63,747 bases of DNA, filler included, from Reticulomyxa filosa (GCA_000512085.1; 16 parts of 16 records of this genome joined end to end with filler, not necessarily neighbours in it); one strand, 5' to 3'. Counted from the first letter of the whole stretch, positions 12,894 through 25,249 are shown. Notes: generated by a model not told the origin, from the sequence alone. Translations and numbers: made by a program.

Positions 12894-13238
12894 GTCGATT
12901 TTGATTTTGATTTCGATTTCGATCTCGATTTCGATCTCGATTTCGATCTTGATCTTGATCTTGATCTCGAGTTTGATTTTGCCAAATTATGTTTTAATAA
13001 TTGTTGATATTTGTCTTTTTGCTTTTCATTAAGTCTGTCTTCGTCTTTCCAATAAGAGTGTTGAATATTCCATCAGATGATATTCCCAATAGATTCCAAT
13101 CATTTCACCTCACAAGAAACATACACCAGTTCTAACTTTCAGTTTTTTTTGCTTTTTTCCCTTTTTTGATTTGCATATTTTCAAACATACAAACACAATA
13201 TTCAGCTTTATCTTACCTTTTTCTGATAAAGTTGACAT
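12894..13238 (-). CDS. N-terminus of an RS/KS-dipeptide-repeat protein, 3'-partial
   Basis: ATG at 13238 (MSTLSEK), intron 13216-13045 (GTAAGA...AAAG), then DEDRLNEKQKDKYQQLLKHNLAKSNSRSRSRSRSKSRSKSRSKSKSKSKS. Confidence 0.5.
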
Positions 13239-13670
13239 TTCATACGTCAAACAAGCACAAACACAACAAAAGATGCTGCACACTTTTTTAAAGTTCCACT
13301 TTTTTTTACGATTTCCCTTTTTTTTGACCCTTGCACGTACGAACTAAAAATCTAAATTTTCGTTCAAAATATAAATTATCAAATAGTTCTAGGTTATATT
13401 AAATATCATTGAATTACTTTTTATGTTAACAAATATTTGAAGACAGCATTATTTTTTGTGTTGACCAAAGTTCTTTAAAAAGTAGAATGTTTCATTTAAA
13501 AATCATTCTCTAATTATAAATTATTTAATTGGGAGTAAACATTATCCCAATTCATAAACAACATAACATAATATCGACATTTTTAAAAACACTTCACAAA
13601 CGTAACGTTGATAGGGGGGAAATTCAAAAAATTCAGATAAACTACAGCTGGTACTAAAAAAGAAGTTTTA

Positions 13671-15002
13671 ATGAAATCCTCAGTGGTAATTTCATTTTAA
13701 TCTTTTAAGAGCGTTAGTTTTTTTATTGTATTTGTTGTGATAAAATCAGTTAGAAGAAGAAAAAAAAGAAATTCAATTAATTATTCAACATTGGATCCGA
13801 ATATTAAACATTAAATTAGGATGGATTTATGAGTTTGACAGACTTGTTGTCAATTATGTTATGTTTTATTTTAAACATTTATTTGTTTATTTGCTTATTG
13901 TAATTATTTATTATAATTATTTAACACAGGCAAAGACAATTTACATGCTTAAACCTTTTGTTCATCATCCAAATTATTTAAGACATTCACTGGACATACT
14001 GGTCATGTATATAGTATTGATTATTCCACATTTACTGGTAATCAATTCCTTTGCTCTGGAGCAAGTGATGGTACAGTTCGTATATGGGATATTGATATCG
14101 ACAAACAAATCCAATCATTCAATGCATATTCAGGTTGTGTACTTTGTGTGAAATTTTCACCATATCATTACCATAACCATCGCCGACATGTTATTTGTTC
14201 TTCATCACATAATAAAATCATTCGTTTTTGGGATATCAAACATAATCAACAATTCAAATTATTCAATAAACACTCTAGCAGTGTTTACAGTCTTAAATTT
14301 TCACCATTTAATTATGGTAGATATTTATGTTCTGGTTCTGATGATAAAACTATTTGTTTATGGGATATTGAAACATCTAAAGCATTGCATGTTTTCAATG
14401 GACATACAAATTGTATTGATTGTGTGGATATTTCATCATTACAAAGTAATAACAATAACAAGAATGAAAATAATAGTATTGGTGTAATTGGTGGTAATGG
14501 ATATACAATTTGTTCTGGATCATTTGATAAAACCATTCGAACATGGGATATTGAAACAACCAAACAATTAACTATTTTCAAAGGACATGAACATACAGTA
14601 AAAAGTGTGAAATATGGATCAAATGAATTAGCAAATACAATATTATCTGGATCAAAAGATGATAGTGTTCGTTTGTGGGATATTCGATCTGGCCAACAAA
14701 TTCAAGTGTTCAATGGACATATATATCAAGTGAATACTGTTGAATATTCACCATTTGTGATAAAGAATAATAGTGAAGTTGTTGTTGGTTATTCGAATGT
14801 GGTATGTTCTGGATCCGACGATAATACAATTCGTTTTTGGGATATTCGATCAAATAAGAGTGAATTGTATGTGATCAAAGGAGATTATGATGATGATGGA
14901 ATAAATTGTCTTACATTTCTACAATTAAAAAAGAAAGAAAATACATATGATTTGAGCTTGTGCTATGGTTCAATCAAAGGCCCAATTTGTATTTGGAGAT
15001 AA
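13671..15002 (+). pseudogene. WD40-repeat family paralogue 2, full length; one frameshift (pseudogene or sequencing error)
   Basis: Exon 2 EEEKKEIQLIIQHWIRILNIKLGWIYEFDRLVVNY and ~7 WD repeats ending ...GSIKGPICIWR*. There is a 1-nt deficit at the AAA near 13951, and the family-typical start region looks altered. Confidence 0.7.
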
Positions 15003-15691
15003 TAACAAACAAAATTTAAAGATTGCTATGTTGTGCAAAGTGATAACTACTTTGGATGACAATTTAAAATACTTAATTTTTTTAAAAGAAATATATGTTA
15101 ACTCGTGGAAGAAAATTGTTTCAAAAGAGCCAAACTCACTTTTTTATTGACATAAAAATGAAAATATTTACAAATATGAATTAGACACTATCACACAAAT
15201 TAATACTGTCCTTTTTAATATGAATTTAAGAGATAATATTCATTATCTCCTTTGATCACATACAATTTATTTATTTGATAGAATATTACATTTGAATTAC
15301 CATAAACAAATATGAATACAACTAACAACTTTTTTATATCCACTAAAAATATTGAATGATTTATATATTTGAATAATCCCTATTTGTGGAAGTTATAAAA
15401 ATAGAGATTGTTATTGTTATCATATTTAAAAATGAATATAAGTTTACCTGTGAGCATAATTATAAACGAATCATTTGTTATTTATTAAATATGACAATTG
15501 ATAATTTTTTATTTTTTTATTATCTAAAGTGTGTTTATACAACAAAAGTTTTTCAATTAAAAAAAAGTAATGATTTTACAAAAAACTTTGAAAGAAAACA
15601 GTAATAATACTAATGCTTTCAATTGTATATACAAAAATTTATTTGTTTGCAGAATGTTAATAATTGGTTATCAAAATCACAGTGCATATTT

Positions 15692-15791
15692 NNNNNNNNN
15701 NNNNNNNNNNNNNNNNNNNNNNNNNNNNNNNNNNNTTAATTAATTAANNNNNNNNNNNNNNNNNNNNNNNNNNNNNNNNNNNNNNNNNNNN
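15692..15791. other. Artificial contig spacer
   Basis: 44 N + TTAATTAATTAA + 44 N. Confidence 0.98.
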
Positions 15792-17852
15792 GTGTGATAA
15801 AATAACAAAGATTCGTGTTGGTATCGTGACCGATTTGTGGAAAATCCTTCGCGTGTTTGGCGAAAGCAAGCGTGAGGAATACTTGGGCACTTTGTGGGAA
15901 TTGGCATCGGAAGTTGATGCAAATTGGAGGTTCAGATTATTATTGGCGGAGTTAAGTTGTTGTTTTTTTTTGTTTTTTTTTTTTAAGGAAGAAGAAGAAG
16001 ACAGATTTGAAATAAAATAAAAAAAAAAATAACAATGAGAACGCCGTTCTGTTCTATTCTATTCTGTTTAGACAATTGGATGAGATTTGGCCATTGTACA
16101 AACCTGAACAAGTACTGGAACATTTAATGCCGCTGGCTTTCCAATTGTGCGACGATCGAATGGCTGATGTCCGAGCTGCTGCTGCGGTGCCCATTGCAGA
16201 GCTCATTCACTACTTACAAACCAAAGGAACCCCACAACAGTTGGAACTCGTCATTTCGAAATGTGATGCCATTCACAGTGCAAGGACATATTCCAAGAGA
16301 CTACTGTACTTTTTTATTTTATTTTATTTTTTTTTTGTTTTGTCAATTGGCTTATTTTTGTATGCAGAGTTTCTTGGCGTGATAAAAGGCTTTGCTTGTA
16401 GTAACAATCCACAAAAAAAAACAAAAAACCAAAAAAAAAATGTGTATATTCATAGATATATCAAATTATGTCAAGCTTGTTTGACCAGAATTGACAAAAC
16501 CCTCTTCGACGAACGCTTTTTACCCAAGTTATTGTCCTATGTGGACGATCGCGTTTCTAATGTTCGCTTTGCTTTGGCAAGATTACTGTCAACCGAGTTG
16601 TTCAAGAAAGAGCAATACGTCTCTCGACTAGATATCCAAGAGTGTGTGTCGAAACTAAAAATGATAATGAAGACGTCGAAGTAAAGAGATTCTTTGCTAC
16701 TGAAAACGAAAGTCAATAGATACACATATATGTATATGTATATACGTATACATTTTTAAAAAAAAACAACTTTCTGGTATCCTAAAAAAAAAATAAAAAA
16801 AAAAAAAAAAAAATATTATAATAATAAGTTGAGTTGTTCCTGCAAGAAAAACAAGCTTCTGCAGCAGTGGAAGTAGAGGAAGAAGGTCGCACTCAAATGG
16901 AAGTAGAAAGTTCAGAATCAGGGGTGTACTCGTCCTCAGAAGAGGTGGAAGAAATGGCCCAAGACACCATGATGAAAACTGAAGTGGGAGATACAAGCGA
17001 TGCAAACTATAATAAGACCGACGAAGCAATGGGCCATGGGAATACAAACAACGAGAACAGTAACAATGGCAACGGCGAGGACTTGAATGTGAAAGAAACA
17101 AATGAGAAAGAAAAAAAACATAAAAAACGAAAACAAAAAAAAGTCAAAGATGAAAGTAAAGACAATACCGTAGACGCATCATTGCCACCTGAAACGGAAG
17201 CAACAGAAGCGACAGAAGCGACAGAAGCAATAGAAACAGTAGAAGCGGAAGCAGAAACACAAGAAGCAGAAACACAGACACAAACGCAAACAGGAACAGA
17301 GCAAGGAGTGAAAGAATATTTGACATCGGTGGACCTTCGACAGCCTTTGCAACTTCAAGCGACTCAGGAAGACGAAATTGAACGGCAAAAAAATATTGCG
17401 GCTTATTCCGAGAGTAAACAACGCGGTGACACGTTCGAAACCGGACTTATCCATCAATCCACTCCATACAAACTTCCTGAGCTGGATGATCTAGATGACC
17501 CGGATGACCAAGACGATGATCCGGATGATGATGGAAAATTCGACGACGATGGCAGCGACAAAAGTGATGATGCTGTCACGAATTCACAGGTAACATGTTG
17601 TCTTATTTTTTTTGATTTGGGTTTGGGCTGAGTGTGACAGTGGAGAAATCAAAAAAAAAAAAAACAACAACGTAAAAGGTCACACCCAATCAAAAAGCAA
17701 ATGACTCAGTCAATTCGCAAACCAATTCAGCCAATTGGAACATTAAAAATGTTTCCAATGACATTTTAGATGAAAATCCAGAAGAAGCCAAAGATCCATC
17801 TCCTGAGGATGATATCACCCAACCAGCACAAACAAATCTTCGAAGTGGCTGA
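15792..17852 (+). CDS. PPP4R1: Ser/Thr protein phosphatase 4 regulatory subunit 1-like (PP2A-A-type HEAT repeats), 5'-partial, with an acidic C-terminal tail
   Basis: NWRFRLLLAE|QLDEIWPLYKPEQVLEHLMPLAFQLCDDRMADVR and LLSYVDDRVSNVRFALARL match recalled PP4R1 motifs (NWRFRAELAEQL..., LCADKVSSVR, NDRVPNVRVLLAK). Adding one A at 16657-16661 restores KLKNDNEDVEVKRFFA. Stop at 17850-17852. Confidence 0.8.
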
Positions 17853-18933
17853 TTTTTTAAGTTGTTTTGAGTTATTTTTCTTGCTTTTTGTTTTATTCTG
17901 ACTTTTTTTTGTTTTTTTCCTTTAAACGAACAATCCAATCATAGCAAATCGTCCCACAAAAATCATTTGTGGAATATATTTTTCTTTGATTTTTTTGTTG
18001 GATACACAAAGAAAATACTTCACTTCTACGGAGTGTGAGTGTATGCAGCTTATGTTGTTTTTTTTTTTTTAAGCTCGCTTGTGTGTATTGTTTGTGGGTT
18101 TTTTATTTATTTGCTTTTCTTGTCATCTGTACTATGTTGTGATTCGTCACAATTTATTGAAAATTTTTAATTGTTTACTATTTTGATCTTGTTGTTAGTA
18201 TACCCATTGCTTGATTTTTTTTGTTTGTTTTTTAAACCAAGTTCTTTTCACAAATTAACTTAACGTTCGGTGATAAACATATAATAGGTGATGTCGTCGG
18301 GATCATTTTGGTAAAAATGTTGACATTACAAATGCAAGTCAACTAGTTATTTTCACGTGGAAATTTAAAAGAGTAGATGAAGAAATGCAAAAAAAAACCC
18401 AAGTTTTTATACACATTTGCAAGTGTACTACATCGACTTTCTTATTATTTTTTTTTTATTACCTGTTTGTTTGTCTTCGATAATCACATGATGGACATTT
18501 TGGTGTGGGTATGTCAGCCCCAAATTTTTTCTCCTTAATTCAAACTAGCTTTGTCTGATTGACACAAGTACCTCTTTCATTCCGTAGACGAGCATTTCTG
18601 TCATACGAAGTGGTGTTGAAAATAATATCAACCACAAAAAAAAAGGTAGACGAAGCAGCGTTAAAACTCGGGTAGATAAGTTTTTCAATGACTCACTTTC
18701 TTTATAACATCGAAATTAAATATGGTGTACAAAAATAAAAACGCAAAGTAAAAAATCACAACATAAAAAATGTGACAACCATAAGCAGCGCAAAAGAAAA
18801 AAAAATCAAGTGGGTATCATTTTTTTTGGAAATTCAGCTTTTTTCACTCGCTTTTTGGAGGGTTCCCATTTTTGATCCTATGTATATTTTTGCAGTAACA
18901 CCAAATATTTCAAAACTGTAGCCTAGTTTGTTT

Positions 18934-20229
18934 TCACAATTTACTTTGCCATCCTCTCTTGTGTGGACTTTTCTCCTTAACATCAGAGTCAGGTCTTTTT
19001 CTTTTTTTTGCAGCTTTCTTTCCAGGGGCATTTGAATGGCAAACTTTGTCCTGGACAAGACTTGTGTCATTTTCTTGATCGTCACTTTTCCAATTGTGGC
19101 AATGATTCGTTGAGTCCGAGTTCACATTTTCAGCATTTGCATTCGAAACAGGTAAAGTGGTGGTTTCGCTTTTTCCATTTTTCTTGTGTTTTTCTAAAGC
19201 TCGCAAGTGCTCTTTCATTACATATAAGCACTCCCACAAACCCATTGCCTTTTGTTGTTGTTGTTGTGCATTATATTATCTCATTCAGCAAATTACTTAC
19301 TCTATTCCTCTTTCCTTTGACAATTGGGGGGGAAAAAAAAAATAGTAAATGTTGTTATTGTTGTTGCTGTTCAAGTACTCTCATGCGTTGCACGTTGTTG
19401 GTCTTTTCCAAAACTTTGTTCATTTTGTCGCGAATGGTCACACATTCTTGTTCGCGGCCTTGACGGAGTCCAACAGTAACATAGAAACCCATTAACCGAA
19501 CAAGTTTGATATTTTTATTTATTTTTTAAAGAAGAAAGAAACAACTAACCATACACAGTTTGCACATCGATTTTATCAAGTTCTTCTTGACTAAGTTCAT
19601 ATTTTCTATTTTTTTTTTTTTTTTAAAAGGGGGCTTGATGATTCAAGGGAAAAAAAAACTCTTTTAAGTGTATTTTGCATATGTTTTCTTGTAAATAACG
19701 CTTTATTTTGATTTCGGCGTTCCATTTTTTGCTCGGCTGTTATATTATCTCCAGTGTTGATGATGCACCCATTCTTCCTTTGCACATGTTCAACTTGATC
19801 ATTTTTTTCTTTAATACATCGTGGATCAATGTGTAACTTGTAAAACTCTGTTCTCAATATGCATGATATATTTCGATGACTCATAATTTGTATTAATGCT
19901 GTTTTTTTTTTTTTTTTTTTTTAACCTGCCAAAGATTGTTGACCAAACAATCTTTGAGTTTGCAAGTTCAATTGTCCACAAGTCTTAGCTGGGAAATGCT
20001 TCATTATTTGCTTCCAATTACCGCAGCCATATTTCATCACTGCAAAACGTAGGACATTAGCCTCTTCTTGACTCCAACCTATATCAAAAGGTCCATCACT
20101 TGTTTGTATGATGTTGTTTTTGGGTGATTGGACAAAAAATGAAAATGAGCACTGCTTACCTGGAGACAAAGTGAAATTCCAAAGACTTTGCGAATCTGCT
20201 GCACTTTGCCACAACGCACGGCTTGCCAT
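18934..20229 (-). CDS. p1-like (Myb/homeobox-like HTH) subunit of the MTA1c/AMT1 DNA N6-adenine methyltransferase complex
   Basis: Exons 20229-20160, 20078-19926, 19847-19700, 19605-19550, 19458-19379 and ~19248-18934, all GT-AG with matching phases. Product: SQSLWNFTLSPGWSQEEANVLRFAVMKYGCGNWKQIMKHFPAKTCGQLNLQTQRLFGQQSLAEFYKLHIDPRCIKEKNDQVEHVQRKNGCIINTGDNITAEQKMERRNQNKAKYELSQEELDKIDV. This matches recalled ciliate p1 motifs (SLWNYTLSPGW, QTQRLLGQQS, RKNNCIINTGDN). Confidence 0.8.
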
Positions 20230-20929
20230 CCTTCAATTTCACACAATTATAATACTTCTAAAGGGAGAACCGTAAAAAAGCTTTGGAAACTACGCTGAGA
20301 CTACCAATCTGTTCGACCACAAGACAAATTAATTAAACATAAAATATGCGAAAGTTAATTTAAAATTTTGTGGCTTACTGCAGCATACAATACCTGAAAA
20401 TACTTATTCTTCGCAGTAAAAATGTTTTCATTAATATTTAAAATTTTTTGCTTGAGTAGGAATATTGTTTGAAAAAAATAGCTTCAATTTAATCAATCAA
20501 AAAATTTTGGATATTATCTCAAAGCTTTTTGAAAGCAACTACATGATTGATGGCTTTTGTTGCACTTTTATACAGCTAAGATGGAACCAATATAAACTTT
20601 GATAACAAGACTTCCAAAGTTATGTCACAAATTAATTGACTTACAAATATGTAAAATATTTAAACTCCAAATTTAAATGGATTGTTTGCAACAAAGGGCC
20701 AGAAAAGATTGTTTTAAAAATCCTTAGGGGATATGACGAGCAGGTCAAAAGCATTATATATTATATATACACTTCTTTGCTGTGTTGCCGTTTTTGCTGA
20801 GAGGGAAAAAAGAAGGAAACTGTTTGTATGATGATTCTTTCCTTGTGCCAACACTGACTATATGCAGACCAGCAGAGAAGGAGAGCAGCAACTTAGAGCC
20901 GTTGTTGGGTGAGAGCAACGTAATTGCTT

Positions 20930-21424
20930 ATGAGCATGTATTTGGAGAGCCTACAACAACAACAACAACAACAACAACAATCAATGCCAGCAAATGGCAA
21001 TGGAAAAGAAAAAGAAAAAGGAAGTGAGGACACAATAAAAGCAAAGGCAGATTTACACGAAGAGCTGAAAAGCAGAGAAAAAGGCGGTAAAGTCCCCAAC
21101 GAGCCAACAACGAAAAGAAGTGTGAAAAGATCCAAAATCCGAATAGACCCCTACACTGGCGACCGCTACGTCCGTACGATTCCGCTAATGGCAACTAACG
21201 GTCCCTCTGGAGCCTTTGACACCAATTCCTATTGTTACGAAAAAGAAGTGTATTCTTCCAATGTTAATAATACAATATTTAAAAAAAAAAATAAATTACA
21301 TAAAAAAAAAATTATAAGTATTATACGTACATAAAAATATATGTGTACATTATATTTATGTGCAATTACAATAGAATGGATGTATGATACTATTTTTTTT
21401 TTAAAACTAAAACAAAAAAAAACA

Positions 21425-21455
<31 letters not shown>

Positions 21456-22780
21456 AACACATCGAAGCGTAGAACATATTTGGGAAGAGCTATGGCTCGA
21501 CGGTAGTCCCATCGCAGTCATTGGCGTGCACAAAGAAGCCGATGACAATAGCGCCATTGGACGAGGAGAGCTTGACATTGAACCGAGGTGTGACGGTGGA
21601 GACGAGTTTGGTGTCAACGAGGGACGAATCAAAGTCGGAGAGAAAGCTGACGGCGATGACAATGAAAAGAGCAAGGTCGTGGTCGGACGACCAAATGATG
21701 GGATACTCGTGGCTGGGCAAGTCGATGGGGTGGACGGACTACGTGAAGCAAGCCGCGTCCAACGTATGGCATTACCAAGTCATCGCATTGGTATTATTAT
21801 CATTGATCATTACCGGCATCGCATACGCCATGTCCATGATCACGGAGACGTCGTGGTGGTTGACCAACCAAGTCTATCAGCACTCCACTTGGAACACATA
21901 TATCCGATTGTTTGGAGTCATCATCATTCGAACACTCTTCGTTTTGGTCTCCATTTTTTTGGCACTCCATTTTGCACCGCAATGCATTGGTAGTGGAATA
22001 CCCGAGTTGAAAGCCATTTTATCTGGAATTTGGATTCGAAGTTAACACACATATATTATATATATATATATATATATAATATATGTGTGTTAAGGTTAAC
22101 GTTAATTAAATTGGATATCTTTGGAATATAGGATACTTGTCCATTCGAGTGTTTTTAATCAAAGTACTCGCATTAACGCTAGGCCTGGCCAGTGGATTGC
22201 CGATTGGAATTGAAGGGCCTTTCATTCATGTCAGTGCGATTGTCGGACGACAACTGACCAAGTGTCGCGTATTCCAACATCTTGAGCGCAAGACGCTGTT
22301 GTCCGCAGCTTGCGCCTGCGCCGTGGCCATCATTTTGAGCGCCCCCATTGGCGGCGTGCTCTTTTCCATCGAGGTCACTGGACATTACTATCAGATCAAC
22401 AGCTACTGGAGCGCCTTTGTGTGCGCCGTCATTGCCAGCATTTTCACACAGCTCGTCAGCACCGTCTCTCCGACCGCCTTGCATTTGATCCACAACGAAT
22501 TCGCAAATCACACCTACGCCAACGTCGAGTTCATTGGCTTCGCTTTGCTTGGGCTCTTCTCTGGAATCATGGGCGGGCTCTATGTCAAATGGCATCGCTA
22601 TCTTGTCCTCTTCAAAAACAAATGCAGAGTTGCTCTCTTTTTTTTTTTTTTTTTCATTCATTGATAAGTTGCATAATGTTTGTCCATTCATGTGTGATTA
22701 CGTGTGGGCATGATATCCATGCACACGATATGTACACATAATATGTCACATTATACATATATGTACACATATGTGCATAT

Positions 22781-22815
<35 letters not shown>

Positions 22816-23535
22816 TTATGACAGAGTCAAGGCACACATACAATCCTTACAAACTCATATGTTATGGCCATCATTGCCACCGGATTGTACGTGTTCTGTG
22901 TGTACTTCATGGGAGACTTTGCATTTGAACCAACTCGACGAGCTGTCACAGATCTGCTGAATGTGGACGATTTGAAACGCTGCAACCAATCTGGAAATCC
23001 CCAAGACTGTGTCTTTCAAGACTGGTTAGGTTAACGAAGCTTGAAAACAATTGCCACTAACATATACATATATATACATATATATGTATGTACATGTGTA
23101 TATGTATATAGGTCAGATCATTGGGGCGTGTTGATCAATTTGTTGTTGTTCTCCTGCGTCAACTTTGTCTTTTCATTGCTGTTTCTGATTTTGGATTGGC
23201 CTTGTGGATGTTTCGCCTCGACGTTTGCCATCGGAGCTGCCACAGGCCGTTTTTGGGGTGAGCTTCTCAACAAGGTCGGGATCTCCTTCTTGTTTTGCTT
23301 CGGAAGAGAGAAAGGAGGAGGGGGAAGGAAAGAAAAACAAATAAATGAACACACCAAAGCAAAATGACACTAACAGATTGCCAAGCACTACACACAGCAC
23401 GTGGTGGTTGCAAGACTGTATGCAGTAGTTGGCGGTGCTTCCTTTGTTGGAGCCGTCACAGGCACTTTCAGTGTGGCCGTCATCGTTGTTGAAATGACAT
23501 CACAAGCCAAAATTGCTGGTTACTTTTTTTTTTTT
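20930..23535 (+). CDS. CLC-family chloride channel, multi-exon, 3'-partial (CBS domains not reached)
   Basis: GSGIPE at 21989-22006, GIEGPFIH at ~22206, APIGGVLFSIEVT at ~22341-22379, PCGCFASTFAIGAATGR, YAVVGGASFVGAVT...VVEMT. The start codon is uncertain. Confidence 0.92.
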
Positions 23536-23635
23536 NNNNNNNNNNNNNNNNNNNNNNNNNNNNNNNNNNNNNNNNNNNNTTAATTAATTAANNNNNNNNN
23601 NNNNNNNNNNNNNNNNNNNNNNNNNNNNNNNNNNN
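23536..23635. other. Artificial contig spacer
   Basis: 44 N + TTAATTAATTAA + 44 N. Confidence 0.98.
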
Positions 23636-23819
23636 TTGATGTATCAAGAGTTGTGCCTTTATATATTTATATTTATATATATACATATATGTACATTGGG
23701 ATGTTTTTTTTTTTAGGAGAAAAAAAAAACAACGACAAATAGCATATACATGCATAAAAGTATATGGCGTGACAAAAAATGCATGTTGGCTGAGCAGAAA
23801 ACAACGCCACTTGTACGTA

Positions 23820-24219
23820 TAATATAACTCGAAGACATTGTTCGATTTCTTTTCTTTTGTTTGACTGGAAGATTCTTGGAACATTCGCTGCAAACACCAA
23901 GTAGTAAGTGCACTCTCAATCCATTGCCACTGCCATTCGTTGCACCTCCGTGCTCATGGACCAACACGAGGCTGCATTCATTGTTGCACCCAATCAGAGA
24001 CTGTTGCGCCACAATTCGACCACAAAGTCCTGCCATTCACGTTTTTTGTTTCCTTTGCTGTTGTTTTGCAATGTCGAAAAATAGATTGCTTTCATTGCTT
24101 TTTCTTGTTTTTGTGTGTATGTGTATGCTGTTGAGTTTTTGTCTTGTTTCCACAAAACTTCGCGCTTGTGCTTCTGCAGGGTCAGTTATGTTCATATCTT
24201 CGTACATTCGACACTTCAT
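23820..24219 (-). CDS. Hypothetical protein N-terminus with a possible GC-AG intron
   Basis: ORFs 24219-24037 and 24036-23713 share a frame. A 99-nt GCATAC...GCAG segment (24128-24030) with intron-like composition would remove the intervening TGA. Confidence 0.35.
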
Positions 24220-24942
24220 GATTCAGTGCTTTCTTAAAATATTTTTGTTAAACAAAGTCTAAAATAAAGAAATTTATTATACACCAAATCGATAATTGTC
24301 AACACCAGAATTCACCTAAACAATTTCATTTATAACAGAAAGAAAGGAAACACTAACTACGAAATAATTTACACACGCATTGTAAAAAGTTCATTAGTGC
24401 TCATATTAAAAAGAATGTAAGGAAAAAAAAAGATCATTTGCTCAGCCTTTTCTAGTTATCATTTTTGTAGGAGTTGCCTGCACCAACATGTCAATTATTT
24501 ACGAAAACGGTCATTAAATATGCGATAGTGCACCAGGACTTAAACTCGTAGATGTAGCAAATGAATGTGCTACTCTTGTCCAATGGCCAACATAGCAAGG
24601 GTGATACAACATTAACATCCCCACTGGAATATTTTCCAAATCATTTAGTGCAACTCTTTGCAATCGTTTTTCATTGTCAAAATTCACTAGCCAAAATAAA
24701 ATATAAGCAATATGAATGTTATCTTCTTTTTATTGACTGTAGATTTGGTGTTACTTTCTGCACCGTATTGTGTTTCGGCTTTCTTTGTTTCATTTCCAAA
24801 TCCGTCCTTTTGGTAAGGAGAAATAACACGAGACTAGTTTTCATTAGAAAGATCTTGTTCAAATGTTTAGAATTTTAGATCTTTCATTAAAAAGAAATCT
24901 TTTTTTAGTCTAGAACTTTTTTTTTCCTGTTTGACAAAAAAA

Positions 24943-25042
24943 NNNNNNNNNNNNNNNNNNNNNNNNNNNNNNNNNNNNNNNNNNNNTTAATTAATTAANN
25001 NNNNNNNNNNNNNNNNNNNNNNNNNNNNNNNNNNNNNNNNNN
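24943..25042. other. Artificial contig spacer
   Basis: 44 N + TTAATTAATTAA + 44 N. Confidence 0.98.
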
Positions 25043-25249
25043 ATACATATATATACAACATGAATTATGAACCATTAACATTATTTATCGACCCTTCTTC
25101 AATTCTTCCCTCTTCCCTCTTCCCCTTCCCCCCTTTTTTTTTTTTTTTTGGGTTTTTTTTTTTTTTTTTTGGAAAAAAAAGTATACGTATACGTATGCAG
25201 TTAAAAAAATCCCATTTGATGGATATATATAGTATGTATACACAATACC

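Noticed and set aside
13045-13135. Two in-frame TGA codons (ELVYVSCEVK*LESIGNII*WNIQ) suggesting selenocysteine or readthrough
   Set aside because: A phase-compatible GT-AG intron (13216-13045) removes both. There is no CxxU motif or evident SECIS.
16650-16690. Programmed ribosomal frameshifting (also at ~1757, ~7425, ~13951, ~27247, ~40075, ~48890)
   Set aside because: Most shifts sit in homopolymer runs and a single-base fix restores conserved motifs. This is typical of pyrosequencing-type indel error; read data are needed to be sure.
19301-19315. Micro-exon in the p1 gene before a strong GTAAGT
   Set aside because: The gene stays in frame without it and the most obvious 14-nt version causes a premature stop. 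This cannot be resolved without RNA-seq.
20621-20631. Shared upstream motif TATGTCACAAA (also ~26510)
   Set aside because: Two occurrences in AT-rich DNA are not enough to call a regulatory element.
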